Of a stretch of 64,000 nucleotides of DNA, positions 43,444-53,423 are shown in pieces. The position numbers and the translations under genes are program-made. Numbering within the stretch: position 1 is the first letter of the stretch; every line of letters begins with the position of its first letter. The stretch spans positions 64,001-128,000 of the forward strand of contig CAVRZA010000003.1 of assembly GCA_963725665.1 (NCBI GenBank), read 5' to 3'. Below the pieces are notes generated by a model. That model searched no databases and was not told the DNA's origin. It saw nothing but the letters and a program-made list of their open reading frames with translations. Source of the DNA: an uncultured Actinomycetes bacterium (GTDB taxonomy: Bacteria > Actinomycetota > Thermoleophilia > UBA2241).

Positions 43444-46293
43444 CTAGGTCCGGTCGGGCTTGCCCTCGAAGAGCTTGAGGCGCTGCGCAGCGACGGCGGG
43501 CACGTCGTCCGGCGCGGCGCGGAGCACATCGAGCTCGGGCAGGCTGGCGAGCAGTTCGCGAAGGTAGCGCTTCTGTGGCAGGCGCGGATCGAGCACCACG
43601 ACGACACCGTGGTCGGTCTCGGTGCGGATGAGCCGGCCGAACCCCTGTCTGAACCTGAGGATCGCCTCGGGCAGGTAGAAGGAGGAGAACCAGTCGCGTC
43701 CCTCCTCCTCGGCCGCCCGCCGCCTCGCCCTGCAAAGCGGGTCCTGGCGTCCGAACGGCAGCTTGGCGATGGCCAGGCAAACGAGCACGTCGCCGGGAAA
43801 GTCCTGGCCTGTCCAGAGCGTGTCGACGCCGAGGAGCACCGTGGCGGGATGGCTGCGGAACTCATCGGCGAGCGCGGCGGCGCTGCCGTGCACCCCCTGG
43901 GCAAGGACGAGGACCCCATCGCTCTCGGCTCGCGCGCCGACCGTGCGCGCCACGAGCTCCATATGCCGCCGGTTCGTGAACAGGGCCAGAAGGCGCCCCC
44001 CGGTGGCTTCGGTCAACCGCGTGAGCTGCTCGGCCTGCAGGGGCGGGAGCTCGGCGCTCGGCGCACGCCAGCCCGGGTCGTCGGCGAGGATCAGCGCCGC
44101 CTGGTCGCGATAGTCGAAGGGCGAGGGAAACACGGCCTGCGAGACGTCGAGGTCGTGGCTGAGGCCAAGGGCCTCACGCGTGTAGTCGAAGCTGCCGGCG
44201 ACCGTGAGCGTGGCGCTGGTGAGCACGGCGCTGCGCACTCTCTCCCAGAGCGCCTCACGGAGCCTCGTCGCCGGCGTCAGCGGCGAACGGGCGAGCTTCC
44301 AACGAGGGGCGCCGTGGTCGGTCGACCGGTCGTGCCGCCGGCCGTTGCGTGCCGGCAGCTCGGCCCAGGTCACCGTGTCGCGATCGTCGAGGTCGGGAAG
44401 CTCGGTGAGGAGGTCGGCGAGACGTTCGGCGTCGCCGGCGACGCCGAGCAGGGCCACGCGCTCGCGGTGGTCGTCGGGCAAGGCCTCGAGCGCTGCGGAG
44501 GCGGCGACGGCGAGCGCGCTGCTCGCTTCGGCGAGCAGCGCGCTCGCCGTCGCGAAACCGTCCCAGGCCGGCTGTTCGCGCAGTCCCGGCGTGAGCCAGA
44601 GGCTCATGGCGTAGGTCTCGTCGTGTTCCTCGTCGGGTGTGGCGACGAGGGCCAGGCGGTCGAGGCTGGCCGCAAGGCCACGCGAGAGGCCTGGCAGGTC
44701 GCGCGCCGCGCGCTCGCAGGCGTCGGCCGCGGCGCGCAGCAGCGTGCCGCGGGCAGGCTCGGCCCCGCTGGCCGCGCGCCGCAGGCGCGCGGCCAGCGGG
44801 GGCTGCCGGCGCCGGGGAAGGAGCTGCGCGACGAGGCCCTCGACGGTAGCCCAGTCGGCCTCGTCGCCGTAGGCCGAGAGGGCCTCGTCGCGCAGCAGGT
44901 GGGCCTCATCGATGATCAGGTCGTCGTGGGGAGGCAGGACGTGTTCGCCCGTGAGGAGCAGGGCATGGTTGACGACAACGAGGTGGGCGGCTTCGGCCCG
45001 CGCGCGGGCGAGCCGCCAGTGGCAGCCGGCGCGCGCCGGGCAGCGCCTGCCGGGACACGTGGCGGCCGCCGAGCGCACCTCGCGTGCTACCGACTTGAGG
45101 GCGGGCAGCACCTCGCCGGCGCGATACGGAAGCGCCGAGAGGTCTACCTCGCCCCAGCGCGCGCGTCCGATGAGGTACGCCAGGGCGAGACACCGGTCGG
45201 GCTCGTCGAGGCGGGCCGCCGCGTCGGCCGCGACCTCGTCGACGAGCCGCCGGCAGAGGTAGTTCTCGCGCCCCATGAGCAAGGACCAGCGCCAGCCGGG
45301 CGGCAGGGCCGCTTCGACCAGGGGCAGCTCGTGAGCGGCGAGTTGCCGCTGCAGGGCCTTGGTCTTGGTGGCGACTACGACTCGCGCGCCGCGCGCCGCC
45401 GACGAGAACGCCGCGGGGAGGAGGTAGGCGAGGCTCTTGCCCATGCCGGTGCCGGCTTCGAAGACGGCGATGCCGCCGCGCGCGAGGACCGTGGCGACCT
45501 CATCCGCGAGAGCCTTCTGCCCGGGCCGCTCGCAGAAGCCGTCGAGACGCGCCGCGAGGCCGTCGGGCGAGGCGAGGTCGCTGACCCAGTCGTCGGCTCG
45601 ACACGGCAAGGCAACGAGTGGCGTCGGCTGCTCACGGGATCGTCTGTCGTCGCCCGCCACGAGGGACGGCGGCGCCTGCCCGGGCGGCAGACCGTAGGCG
45701 TCGAGCGCCATCAGTGGGGCGAAGTGGGCGGCCTCGAGGAGGCGCCGCTCGGTCTCGGCGAGGCCGGCCGCACGCCGGCAGAGCGTCTCGAACACGGCGA
45801 GGGTCACCTCGGCGTCGCGCCGGGCGCGGTGCGTCGGCCGCGCGAGGCCCAAGTGGTCTGCGAGCACAGGCAGTGCGTGGCGGTCGAGCTCGGGGAAGAG
45901 GAGCAGGGCGGCCTGTAGCGTGTCGATGGTGCCGCTGGCCGGCGGTACGAGGCCGGCGCTGCGCGCCTCGGCAGAGAGGCGGGGCAGATCGAAGGCGTCG
46001 ATGTTGTGGCCGACGAGCGGCGCCGTCCCGACGAACTCGAGGAATGCGGGGTAGACCTCTGCGAAGGGGGGCGCGCCTTCGAGGTCGGCGGCGGTGACGC
46101 CCGTGCGGCGCTCCGCCGCGAGGGGCAGCGGCACGCCGGGATCGACCAGGGTCGCGAAGGTGTCGACCAGGCGCAGCCGTTCGTCGACCTTGAGCGCGGC
46201 GACCTCGATGATGCGGTCGTCGGGATCGAGGCCCGTCGTCTCGATGTCGACGACCACGAGCTCGGGAGGGGGTTGGCGCGGCTGCGGGGACAT
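43444..46293 (-). CDS. dinG: DinG-family helicase with N-terminal DEDDh exonuclease
   Basis: DIETTG, HN..FD, HRA..DA; EAGTGMGKS, GRENYLC, DEAH, TSATL, LWTGQD, QGFGRLIR. Confidence 0.9.
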   Translation of the reverse strand: MSPQPRQPPPELVVVDIETTGLDPDDRIIEVAALKVDERLRLVDTFATLVDPGVPLPLAAERRTGVTAADLEGAPPFAEVYPAFLEFVGTAPLVGHNIDAFDLPRLSAEARSAGLVPPASGTIDTLQAALLLFPELDRHALPVLADHLGLARPTHRARRDAEVTLAVFETLCRRAAGLAETERRLLEAAHFAPLMALDAYGLPPGQAPPSLVAGDDRRSREQPTPLVALPCRADDWVSDLASPDGLAARLDGFCERPGQKALADEVATVLARGGIAVFEAGTGMGKSLAYLLPAAFSSAARGARVVVATKTKALQRQLAAHELPLVEAALPPGWRWSLLMGRENYLCRRLVDEVAADAAARLDEPDRCLALAYLIGRARWGEVDLSALPYRAGEVLPALKSVAREVRSAAATCPGRRCPARAGCHWRLARARAEAAHLVVVNHALLLTGEHVLPPHDDLIIDEAHLLRDEALSAYGDEADWATVEGLVAQLLPRRRQPPLAARLRRAASGAEPARGTLLRAAADACERAARDLPGLSRGLAASLDRLALVATPDEEHDETYAMSLWLTPGLREQPAWDGFATASALLAEASSALAVAASAALEALPDDHRERVALLGVAGDAERLADLLTELPDLDDRDTVTWAELPARNGRRHDRSTDHGAPRWKLARSPLTPATRLREALWERVRSAVLTSATLTVAGSFDYTREALGLSHDLDVSQAVFPSPFDYRDQAALILADDPGWRAPSAELPPLQAEQLTRLTEATGGRLLALFTNRRHMELVARTVGARAESDGVLVLAQGVHGSAAALADEFRSHPATVLLGVDTLWTGQDFPGDVLVCLAIAKLPFGRQDPLCRARRRAAEEEGRDWFSSFYLPEAILRFRQGFGRLIRTETDHGVVVVLDPRLPQKRYLRELLASLPELDVLRAAPDDVPAVAAQRLKLFEGKPDRT

Positions 46294-46504
46294 CTCATGA
46301 AGGATAGCAGACGCCGACGACGGCGATGGCAGAAGAAGCGTGCTCTCCGCCACCCGAGAAGGTCCTGCCGGAAAGGGCCCCCCTCGACTCGGATAAGATG
46401 GCAGCGACGGTAGCGGAAGAGGTGGTGTCCATCCCGCCGCAGAGCGGCAGATCAGATCCCTCCTACGGCGTCGGCACGCCCGCTCATCGAGACGGGATGC
46501 GCTG

Positions 46505-47761
46505 ATGGGAGCGCCGTCTCTCCTCGGCGGCCTGCGCGGCTACCCGCGGCAGTTCTGGATACTCGTGCTCGGCACCTTCGTCTACTGCGCCGGCGCCGGT
46601 CTCGCGTTCCCTCTCGAAGGGATCTACCTGCGCACGCAGCTCCACTCCTCGTGGCTCAGCTTGGCTCTCGTCTTCGGTGTCCCCGGCGTGCTCACGGCTC
46701 CCTTCCAGATCATCGGCGGCACCATGACCGACCGGTTCGGGCGCAAAGCCATGATGGTCGTGGCCTCGATCAGCGGCGCCGCGTGGTTCGTCGGCTTCGC
46801 CTACGCGAGAGCGGATTGGCAGGTGGGTGCTCTCGTGGTCATGGAGAACTGCCTGGGCTGGCCGCTCTTTCTCACGGCGAGCAACGCCATGGTGGCCGAC
46901 ATGCTGCCCAACGAACGGCGCACCGAGGCCTACAGCATCATCCGCACGGCGATGAACGTCGGCGTCGTGCTCGGACCGGCTGTGGGCGGCCTCGCACTCC
47001 TTGTCGGGGCGAGCTTCCGCGACTTGTTCCTCGCGGCGGCGAGCGGCTGCTTGGTCTTCCTCGTCCTGATCCTCGTCTGGATCGAGGAGACGCGTCCCCA
47101 GGCGGCCCGGCAGGAGAGCGCGGCGGGCAAGCTCGGCTACGGCGTCGTCGTGCGCGACCGGCGCTTCCTCGTCTTTCTCGCGGTCACGCTGCTCCCGCTC
47201 ATGGTCTTCGGCAACTTCGGCGCCGTGTACTCCGCCTTCATCACGACGGTGTTGGGGGTCCACGCGAGCACGTGGCCCTGGCTCCTGGCCCTAAACGCAG
47301 CCATCGTCGCGTCGCTGCAGTACCCGGTCGTGCATCGTGTGCGCGGCGCCGACCCCATGGTGCTGCTGGCGCTTGCGTCGGCCCTCATCGGCATCGGCGT
47401 GGGGGGGACCGGGTTCGTCGAGCCCCTCCTGCCGCTCGTGCTGCTCATCGTCCTCGTCAGCCTCGGCGAGCTCTTCTTCTCGCCCATCGCCTCGTCGGTG
47501 GTCGCCGATATGGCTCCCGAGGCGATCCGCGGACGGTACATGGGCGCCTGGACCGTGGCGTGGAACGGCGGCGCGTCGTTCGGCGTCGTCGTCGGGGGCG
47601 TCGCCCTGCAGACGCTCTCGGGGCGCGCCGCCTGGGGCCTTCTGCTGGTGTTTGGGCTCGTCGGTGCGTTGCTCTTCGGTCTCATGTCCCGGGGGCAGCC
47701 GCTGCAGGCTCTGGCGCCCGAGGCCGATGCGACGGTACGCGACGCGGAGCGGCCGACGTAG
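46505..47761 (+). CDS. MFS transporter
   Basis: About 12 TM segments, DRFGRK motif A, RGRYMG. Confidence 0.9.
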   Translation: MGAPSLLGGLRGYPRQFWILVLGTFVYCAGAGLAFPLEGIYLRTQLHSSWLSLALVFGVPGVLTAPFQIIGGTMTDRFGRKAMMVVASISGAAWFVGFAYARADWQVGALVVMENCLGWPLFLTASNAMVADMLPNERRTEAYSIIRTAMNVGVVLGPAVGGLALLVGASFRDLFLAAASGCLVFLVLILVWIEETRPQAARQESAAGKLGYGVVVRDRRFLVFLAVTLLPLMVFGNFGAVYSAFITTVLGVHASTWPWLLALNAAIVASLQYPVVHRVRGADPMVLLALASALIGIGVGGTGFVEPLLPLVLLIVLVSLGELFFSPIASSVVADMAPEAIRGRYMGAWTVAWNGGASFGVVVGGVALQTLSGRAAWGLLLVFGLVGALLFGLMSRGQPLQALAPEADATVRDAERPT

Positions 47762-47811
47762 CCGCACGGCGTAACGGGAGGGTCCTCACCCCCGCCCGGG
47801 GGTCCGTCGTA

Positions 47812-48249
47812 CTACAGGTCGAGCGCGTTCTGGAGGTCGCGCGCGTGCTCCTCCTCGATCATGAGGATGTCTTCGAGGGCGCGCCGCAGCCCGTACTCCT
47901 GCAGCGCCTCGGCCTGCGCGATGCGCGCCTTGTAGCGCCGGATGGCGTCGAGCTCGCCCTCGAGGTCCTGCTCGAGCATGACCTTCGACACGTCGGAGAC
48001 GTGCACCTCCGCCACGTCGACGGACGGCACGCCGCCGAGGAAGTCGATCTGCTCCGACAACGAGATGGCGTGAGCGTGCTCCTCGTTCGAATGTACTACG
48101 AGCTCGGCACGTATGGCGTCGTACTGCGGGCCGGTGATCACGGCGGCGTGCTGCACGTACTGGATCAGGGCCTGGAACTCCTTCGCCAGGTCGTTGTTGA
48201 GCTCCGCGATGAGCTGCTCCTTGGTGATGGCGGCCGTCTCCGCGGTCAT
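47812..48249 (-). CDS. Ferritin-like/bacterioferritin-like protein
   Basis: E..A..QY..H, EEHAH, E.DAI..Y, EEEHA. Confidence 0.88.
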   Translation of the reverse strand: MTAETAAITKEQLIAELNNDLAKEFQALIQYVQHAAVITGPQYDAIRAELVVHSNEEHAHAISLSEQIDFLGGVPSVDVAEVHVSDVSKVMLEQDLEGELDAIRRYKARIAQAEALQEYGLRRALEDILMIEEEHARDLQNALDL

Positions 48250-48414
48250 GGGGGCTCCTTTCTTCAGGCTGCACGGGCGGCGACGATGGATAGGCGGGGC
48301 ACGCCGCCCCATCTCCGCTCTCGGGCTCCGGCGAGAGAGTGTGTCACACCGTCGGGAATGAGCCAACCTGAGGCCGGCCGCGTCGGCCGCGCGCGCGGAG
48401 CTTCGGGCAGGAGG

Positions 48415-49377
48415 TCAGTCCGGCTTCGCCGCGAAGGCGAGATCGGCGAGGCGGTCCGCCGCCGCGAGCACGCGCTGGCGCGCGAGGAGCACGTCGACCC
48501 ACCGTGCGGGGATGTCGGCCTCGCCGTAGAGGGCGCCGGCAAGGGCGCCGGCGACGGCGCCGACCGTGTCGGCGTCGTCGCCGAGGTTGACGGCGGCGAC
48601 GACGGCGTCCTCGAAGGAGCCAGACGACAACACCGCCCAGAGTGCGGCCTTGAGAGTGTCGAGCACGAACCCGGAGGCGACGATCTCGGCGCGCGTCGCC
48701 TCGCCTGCTTGCGCGAGCACGGTCGCCACGCGCGGCTCGTCTTCACGCAGGCGGGTGGCGATCGCCGGCACCTGCTCTCGCAGCTCGCCGGCGATCGCCG
48801 CCGCGATCAGCTCGCCGAGGGCCACGCAGGCCCACCCGGCGAGTTGGTCGAAGTGGGTCAGCGCCGACTCGGCGAGGGCGACCGTCACGCGCGTCTGCGG
48901 CTCGTTCACATAGCGCAGCGCGACCGGCGCCGTGCGCATCAGGCTGCCGTTGCCGGCCGTCATACGCCCGAGCACTTCGTGGGCGCGCCGCGCGGCGCGC
49001 TCCCAGCTCGTGCCGCTCTTGACCCCCAGCATGACCGTGCGCACCGTGATCCCCACGTCAACGGGGTCGGTATCGAACCAGGAGGCGTAACGGTGCATGA
49101 CATCCTCGGCGTCGAAGTCGCCCAGGGATGCCAGGCTCTCGGCCAGACAGAGCATCATCTCGGTGTCGTCGGTGACCTCACCCGGCTGGCAGTCGTGGCA
49201 GCCGCCGCCGACCATCTCCGTCAGGACCCCCCAGCGTTCAGCTACCTGCTCGGCGGTGAGGAACTCGGCCGGCGCCCCCAGCGCGTCGCCGACGGCGAGA
49301 CCGAGCAGGCTGCCGCGGAAGCGGTCGCGCGCGTGACCGGCTGCGCTCGCGGGGCTGTCGGGAGAGACGCCGCCCAT
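48415..49377 (-). CDS. ADP-ribosylglycohydrolase (DraG family)
   Basis: GDALG, TDDT, AGNGSLMR, TH, GDDADT. Confidence 0.92.
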   Translation of the reverse strand: MGGVSPDSPASAAGHARDRFRGSLLGLAVGDALGAPAEFLTAEQVAERWGVLTEMVGGGCHDCQPGEVTDDTEMMLCLAESLASLGDFDAEDVMHRYASWFDTDPVDVGITVRTVMLGVKSGTSWERAARRAHEVLGRMTAGNGSLMRTAPVALRYVNEPQTRVTVALAESALTHFDQLAGWACVALGELIAAAIAGELREQVPAIATRLREDEPRVATVLAQAGEATRAEIVASGFVLDTLKAALWAVLSSGSFEDAVVAAVNLGDDADTVGAVAGALAGALYGEADIPARWVDVLLARQRVLAAADRLADLAFAAKPD

Positions 49378-49399
49378 CTACCCGATCGGCCTCGCAGTC

Positions 49400-50758
49400 C
49401 TAGCGCAGCAGGTCGCGCGCGACCTGCTCGAAGAAGTACGCCTGGTAGGCGAGGTCCATGACCGAGACGCGCTCGTCGGCGCTGTGGCAGCGGTCGCCCA
49501 TGGTGTCGGTGTCCTCGTCGACGAAGGGGCAGAAGCCGTAGGCGACGGCCCCGGGAAAGGCCTCCCGGAACCAGCGCGAATCGGTGAAGCCGCTGAGATG
49601 CACGCCGACGACCTTCGCCGTGGGGACGCTAGCGGTGAGCACGCGCTCGATGCTCTCGCTGAGCGGCGTGGGCAGCGGCGACTCGTTGCCCGCCGTCACG
49701 TCGACCCACTCGAACTCCCAGCCGTCGATGTCCGCGAGCGCCTTGCGCACCTCGCGTTCGACGTCCTCGGGGCGTTGCTCGGGAAGGATGCGACAGTCGA
49801 TGTCGACCTCGGCGTGCGATGGGATCACGTTGACCGCGCCGCTGCCGGCGTGCACGACGGTGGGCGAGAAGGTGATGCCCAGCAGCGGCTCGACGGCATA
49901 GGCGAGCGGGTTGCCGGCGACGCGCATGTCGGCGATCGCCGCCCGTGCCCTCGCAGGGTCCTTGAGGCGCGCGCGCAGGGCGCCGTCGGGGATGAGGACG
50001 TCGATGTAGGCGGCGGTGAGGGGCCCCACGAACGCCTCGGGCTCGTGGTCGGCCAGCGCCGTGATCACGCGCGCCAGCTTCTCGACGGCGTTCTTGTCGT
50101 GCAGCGGGACCGACCCGTGGCCGCCCTGCCCGCGCGCGGTGATGCGGAACTCGGCGTAGGCCTTCTCGCCGACGGTCACGGGGTAGAGCAGCCCGTCGTC
50201 GAGCGGGGAGAACTCTCCGCCGCCCTCGTTGAGGAGGAAGTCGCAGCGCACCAGGTCGGGCTCGTTCTCCACCAGCCACTTGGCGCCGCAGTGCGGTCCC
50301 TTCTCCTCGTCGCAGGTCGCGACGATGACCACGTCGCCCGCGAGGCCGTCGCCGTCGCGCGCCTCACGCGCGAGGCGCGCGACGGCGACGGCCTGAGCGG
50401 CGACCTGGTTCTTCATGTCGAGGGCGCCACGGCCCCAGACCCAGCCGTCCTTCACCAGACCCGAAAAGGGCGGCACGCTCCACTCGTCGGGCTCCGCCGG
50501 TACCACGTCGACGTGCCCCAGAAGGAGCAGCGTGGGGCCGGGGTGTGATCCGGTCAGTCGGGCGACGAGGTTCTGGCGCTGCGGCAGCTCGCCCACGAGC
50601 CGGCTCTCGACCCCGGCCGACGCCAGGTAGCGCTGCAGCACCTCAGCAGCGGCGGTCTCGTTGTCGTTCGTCGTGTCGATGCGCAGCAGCTTCGAGAGCA
50701 GCTTCGTCGCCTCGTCCCGGTACCCTATCCAGCGGTCTTCGTCGACGGCTCTCGTCAC
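49400..50758 (-). CDS. M20/M25/M40 family metallopeptidase
   Basis: GHVDVVP, GRGALDMK, DEE, NEGG, GHGS, FTDSR, HSADE. Confidence 0.92.
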   Translation of the reverse strand: MTRAVDEDRWIGYRDEATKLLSKLLRIDTTNDNETAAAEVLQRYLASAGVESRLVGELPQRQNLVARLTGSHPGPTLLLLGHVDVVPAEPDEWSVPPFSGLVKDGWVWGRGALDMKNQVAAQAVAVARLAREARDGDGLAGDVVIVATCDEEKGPHCGAKWLVENEPDLVRCDFLLNEGGGEFSPLDDGLLYPVTVGEKAYAEFRITARGQGGHGSVPLHDKNAVEKLARVITALADHEPEAFVGPLTAAYIDVLIPDGALRARLKDPARARAAIADMRVAGNPLAYAVEPLLGITFSPTVVHAGSGAVNVIPSHAEVDIDCRILPEQRPEDVEREVRKALADIDGWEFEWVDVTAGNESPLPTPLSESIERVLTASVPTAKVVGVHLSGFTDSRWFREAFPGAVAYGFCPFVDEDTDTMGDRCHSADERVSVMDLAYQAYFFEQVARDLLR

Positions 50759-50985
50759 GCGCGGCCTCCGTGCGGCTTGCCCGCAGCGAATCATACCCAT
50801 CGGCGCCCACTTGCCGCGAGCCGGCGCGGCCTCCGCGAGCCGCCCCTGCTGCGCGCAAGCCGGCTCGGCTACCGGCAGGCCCGCCTGACTACCGGCGGGC
50901 GCGCCCGGCCCTCGGCGCATTCGCGCACCGGTATACTCGCGCTGTAGTCCCCGCGCAGACATCCTTCGACTCGAGGAGGAGAGCC

Positions 50986-52179
50986 ATGAGGATCGCGGTC
51001 ATCGGAGCAGGGGCCATGGGCCGCTGGTCGGTCAAGGCGCTCGGCGTCAGCCCCGACGTAGACGAGCTCATCGTCGGGGACATCAGCGAGGAGCAGGCGA
51101 CCGCGGTGGCGGCGAGCCACGGTGAGGGCAAGGCGACCCCGCGGCGCGTCGACGCCAGCGACAAGGAGAGCGTCAAGGCGGCTGTCGTCGGCTGCGACGC
51201 CCTCATCAACGCCACCCAGCACTTCTGGAACCTGACCGTCATGGGCGCCGCGGCCGAGGCCGGCGTGAACTACACCGACATGGGCGGGCTGTTCCACGTC
51301 ACCAAGCAGCAGCTCGAGCTGGACGACACGTTCAAGCGGGCCGGTGTCACCGCGGTGATCGCCATGGGTGGCGCGCCGGGCGTGACCAACGTCCTGGCCG
51401 CGCATGGCGCACGCGGCCTCGACACCATCGAGGAGGCCCAAGCGCTCTGCGGCAACATCGACAACACCGACTACAGCCGCTACCCGGGCTGGTTCCCTCC
51501 CTACTCGCTGGAGACGATCTGTGACGAGTTCAGCGTCGTCGCGCCGGAGTTCATCGACGGACAGTGGCGCGACGATATCCTCGGTGGCACGGGCGCCGAG
51601 ACGATCGACTTCGGTCAACCGGCGGGCATGCTCGCGGCGCACTACACGATCCACTCCGAGCCGATCACCTTCTGGCACGCGTGGAGGGACAGGGGACTGA
51701 AGTCGGCGACCTTCAAGCTCTCGCTGCCGGCCGAGTTTACCGAGCAGATGCGCCTCCTCGTGCGGCTCGGCCTGACGAGCAAGGAAGAGGTAGAAGTGGC
51801 CGGCGTCAGGGTGCGCCCGCGCGATGTGCTGCTCAAGTGCGTAAGTGAGATCCCGCGGCCCGGCGACGAGGTCGTGATGGACGACGTCGACTACCTGCTG
51901 GGCGTTGTGCGCGGCACGAAGGACGGCCGGCGAGTAGAGGTGCGTGTGCGCGCCGTCGTGCCGGCGCATAAGGGCTACGGCGCCGGCGGCGGCGACATCG
52001 ACACCGGCATCCCGCCGGCCATCGTGGCGCGCATGCTGGCCCGCGGCGACATCGTCGGCCCGGGCGTGTTCGTCCCCGAGCAGGCGGTGCCGACGGAGGC
52101 GTTCTTCAAGGAGTTCGCCGCCTGGGGCGCCACCATCGACGCCGAGACGAGAGAGATCCTCGCGGCGCCGGAGGCGTAG
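50986..52179 (+). CDS. Saccharopine dehydrogenase-like oxidoreductase
   Basis: GAGAMG, YTDMGG, GGAPGVTN, HSE, GVFVPE. Confidence 0.88.
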   Translation: MRIAVIGAGAMGRWSVKALGVSPDVDELIVGDISEEQATAVAASHGEGKATPRRVDASDKESVKAAVVGCDALINATQHFWNLTVMGAAAEAGVNYTDMGGLFHVTKQQLELDDTFKRAGVTAVIAMGGAPGVTNVLAAHGARGLDTIEEAQALCGNIDNTDYSRYPGWFPPYSLETICDEFSVVAPEFIDGQWRDDILGGTGAETIDFGQPAGMLAAHYTIHSEPITFWHAWRDRGLKSATFKLSLPAEFTEQMRLLVRLGLTSKEEVEVAGVRVRPRDVLLKCVSEIPRPGDEVVMDDVDYLLGVVRGTKDGRRVEVRVRAVVPAHKGYGAGGGDIDTGIPPAIVARMLARGDIVGPGVFVPEQAVPTEAFFKEFAAWGATIDAETREILAAPEA

Positions 52180-52203
52180 CCGGCCCGGCGCCGCTCGAAA
52201 GCC

Positions 52204-52242
52204 CGGCGGGGGCGCCGGCCGGCATGGCCGGCGCCCCCGCCG
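52204..52242. terminator. Bidirectional GC hairpin
   Basis: CGGCGGGGGCGCCGGCC-GGCAT-GGCCGGCGCCCCCGCCG between convergent genes. Confidence 0.7.
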
Positions 52243-52251
52243 CGGGCGCCC

Positions 52252-53163
52252 CTACTCGGTGTCGAGCAGCGCCGCCAGCTGCCTCGCGTTCACGATGCCG
52301 TAGTCGCGGTAGCAGTTGTTCATGAGCGCGTGCACCTCGCTCGCCTGCTCGGCGAGCGTGCGCACGCGCGGCGCCCACTCGCGCAGCTCGTCCTCGGTGT
52401 AGAGGTAGCGGAAGCGCTCGGCCGCCGACGTCGTCTTCTTCTCCCAGAGGTCGGCCGCGCGGCCGTGGAAGCGCACCACGGCGATCTCGCTCGTCGCGGC
52501 GACAACCGGCGGCGTGCTCGAGGCGAACCCCTGGGGCTCGTCGACGCACACGTAGGAGAAGCTGAGGCGCTCGAGGATGTCGAGGGTGCTGCGCTCGTGG
52601 TCGGGGTCCATCCAACCACCGCCACGGAACTCGACTGCGACCCGGAACCCGGCCAGCTCCCGGGCGACGGTCTCTAGGTAGGCCACGTTCTGCCGGTTCT
52701 TGCGAAACCAGTACGGGAACTGGAAGAGCACCACTCCCAGCTTGCCATTCTCACTCAAGGGCGCCAGCGCGCGCCGGTGCAGCTCCCAGACGGCCTCCTG
52801 CAGGTCGGTGGGCAGGTCGCGTAGATAGAGGCGGCCCCTGTCGCGCACCTCCGACGGAAGGAGGCTGGGGAGGGGCGGAGGCAACGTACGCTCCTGGGTA
52901 GCGTGGGTGGTGAGCAGCGAGAACGCTTTGATATCGAAGGTGAAGCCGGGCGGCGTACGCTCCACCCACAGTCGCGCGTTCTGCTCCGAGGGTGGTGCGT
53001 AGAAGGTCGCGTCCACCTCGACCAGCGAGAAGCTCTCGGCGTAGAAGCGCAGCCTTTCGGCCGCCGTTCGCACCGGCGGCGGGTAGAAGCCGCTCTCGAT
53101 GAGCGTCTTGTCCGTCCAGGAGCACGTACCCGTGAGGATGCGGCCCTCAGTCATCAGCGTCAC
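52252..53163 (-). CDS. DUF72 family protein
   Basis: GTCSW, VEVDATFY, LFQFP, VEFR, VDEPQ, RFHGR, NN. Confidence 0.9.
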   Translation of the reverse strand: MTLMTEGRILTGTCSWTDKTLIESGFYPPPVRTAAERLRFYAESFSLVEVDATFYAPPSEQNARLWVERTPPGFTFDIKAFSLLTTHATQERTLPPPLPSLLPSEVRDRGRLYLRDLPTDLQEAVWELHRRALAPLSENGKLGVVLFQFPYWFRKNRQNVAYLETVARELAGFRVAVEFRGGGWMDPDHERSTLDILERLSFSYVCVDEPQGFASSTPPVVAATSEIAVVRFHGRAADLWEKKTTSAAERFRYLYTEDELREWAPRVRTLAEQASEVHALMNNCYRDYGIVNARQLAALLDTE

Positions 53164-53423
53164 TCTCCTGTGGACGACTTGCCACGCCGGTCATTCCCTT
53201 TGCCAGCCCCCCTCCGCACCGGTCTCTTTTCCCTCGTCTGCACCGCCGCGAACGATGTAGGATACCCGCCGAACTACCGTGGGCGCATCCGTGGGCCGTC
53301 CCACGAGGACGACGACCTGGGGACGGGGCCGCGCAGGCGGGGCGGACATGCGACCGGCCGACCCGGCCAGGCCAGGGTCGCGCGTCGGTTGGGGAAGACA
53401 GCGCCAGAAGGGGGCACGGAGCC

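Noticed and set aside
43444-46293. DinG as a type IV CRISPR or defence helicase
   Set aside because: Ordinary exonuclease-DinG fusion; no cas genes or repeat-spacer array in the window.
48415-49377. DraG-like gene as part of an ADP-ribosylation toxin-antitoxin or nitrogenase switch
   Set aside because: No ADP-ribosyltransferase or nif gene nearby; stand-alone copies are common.
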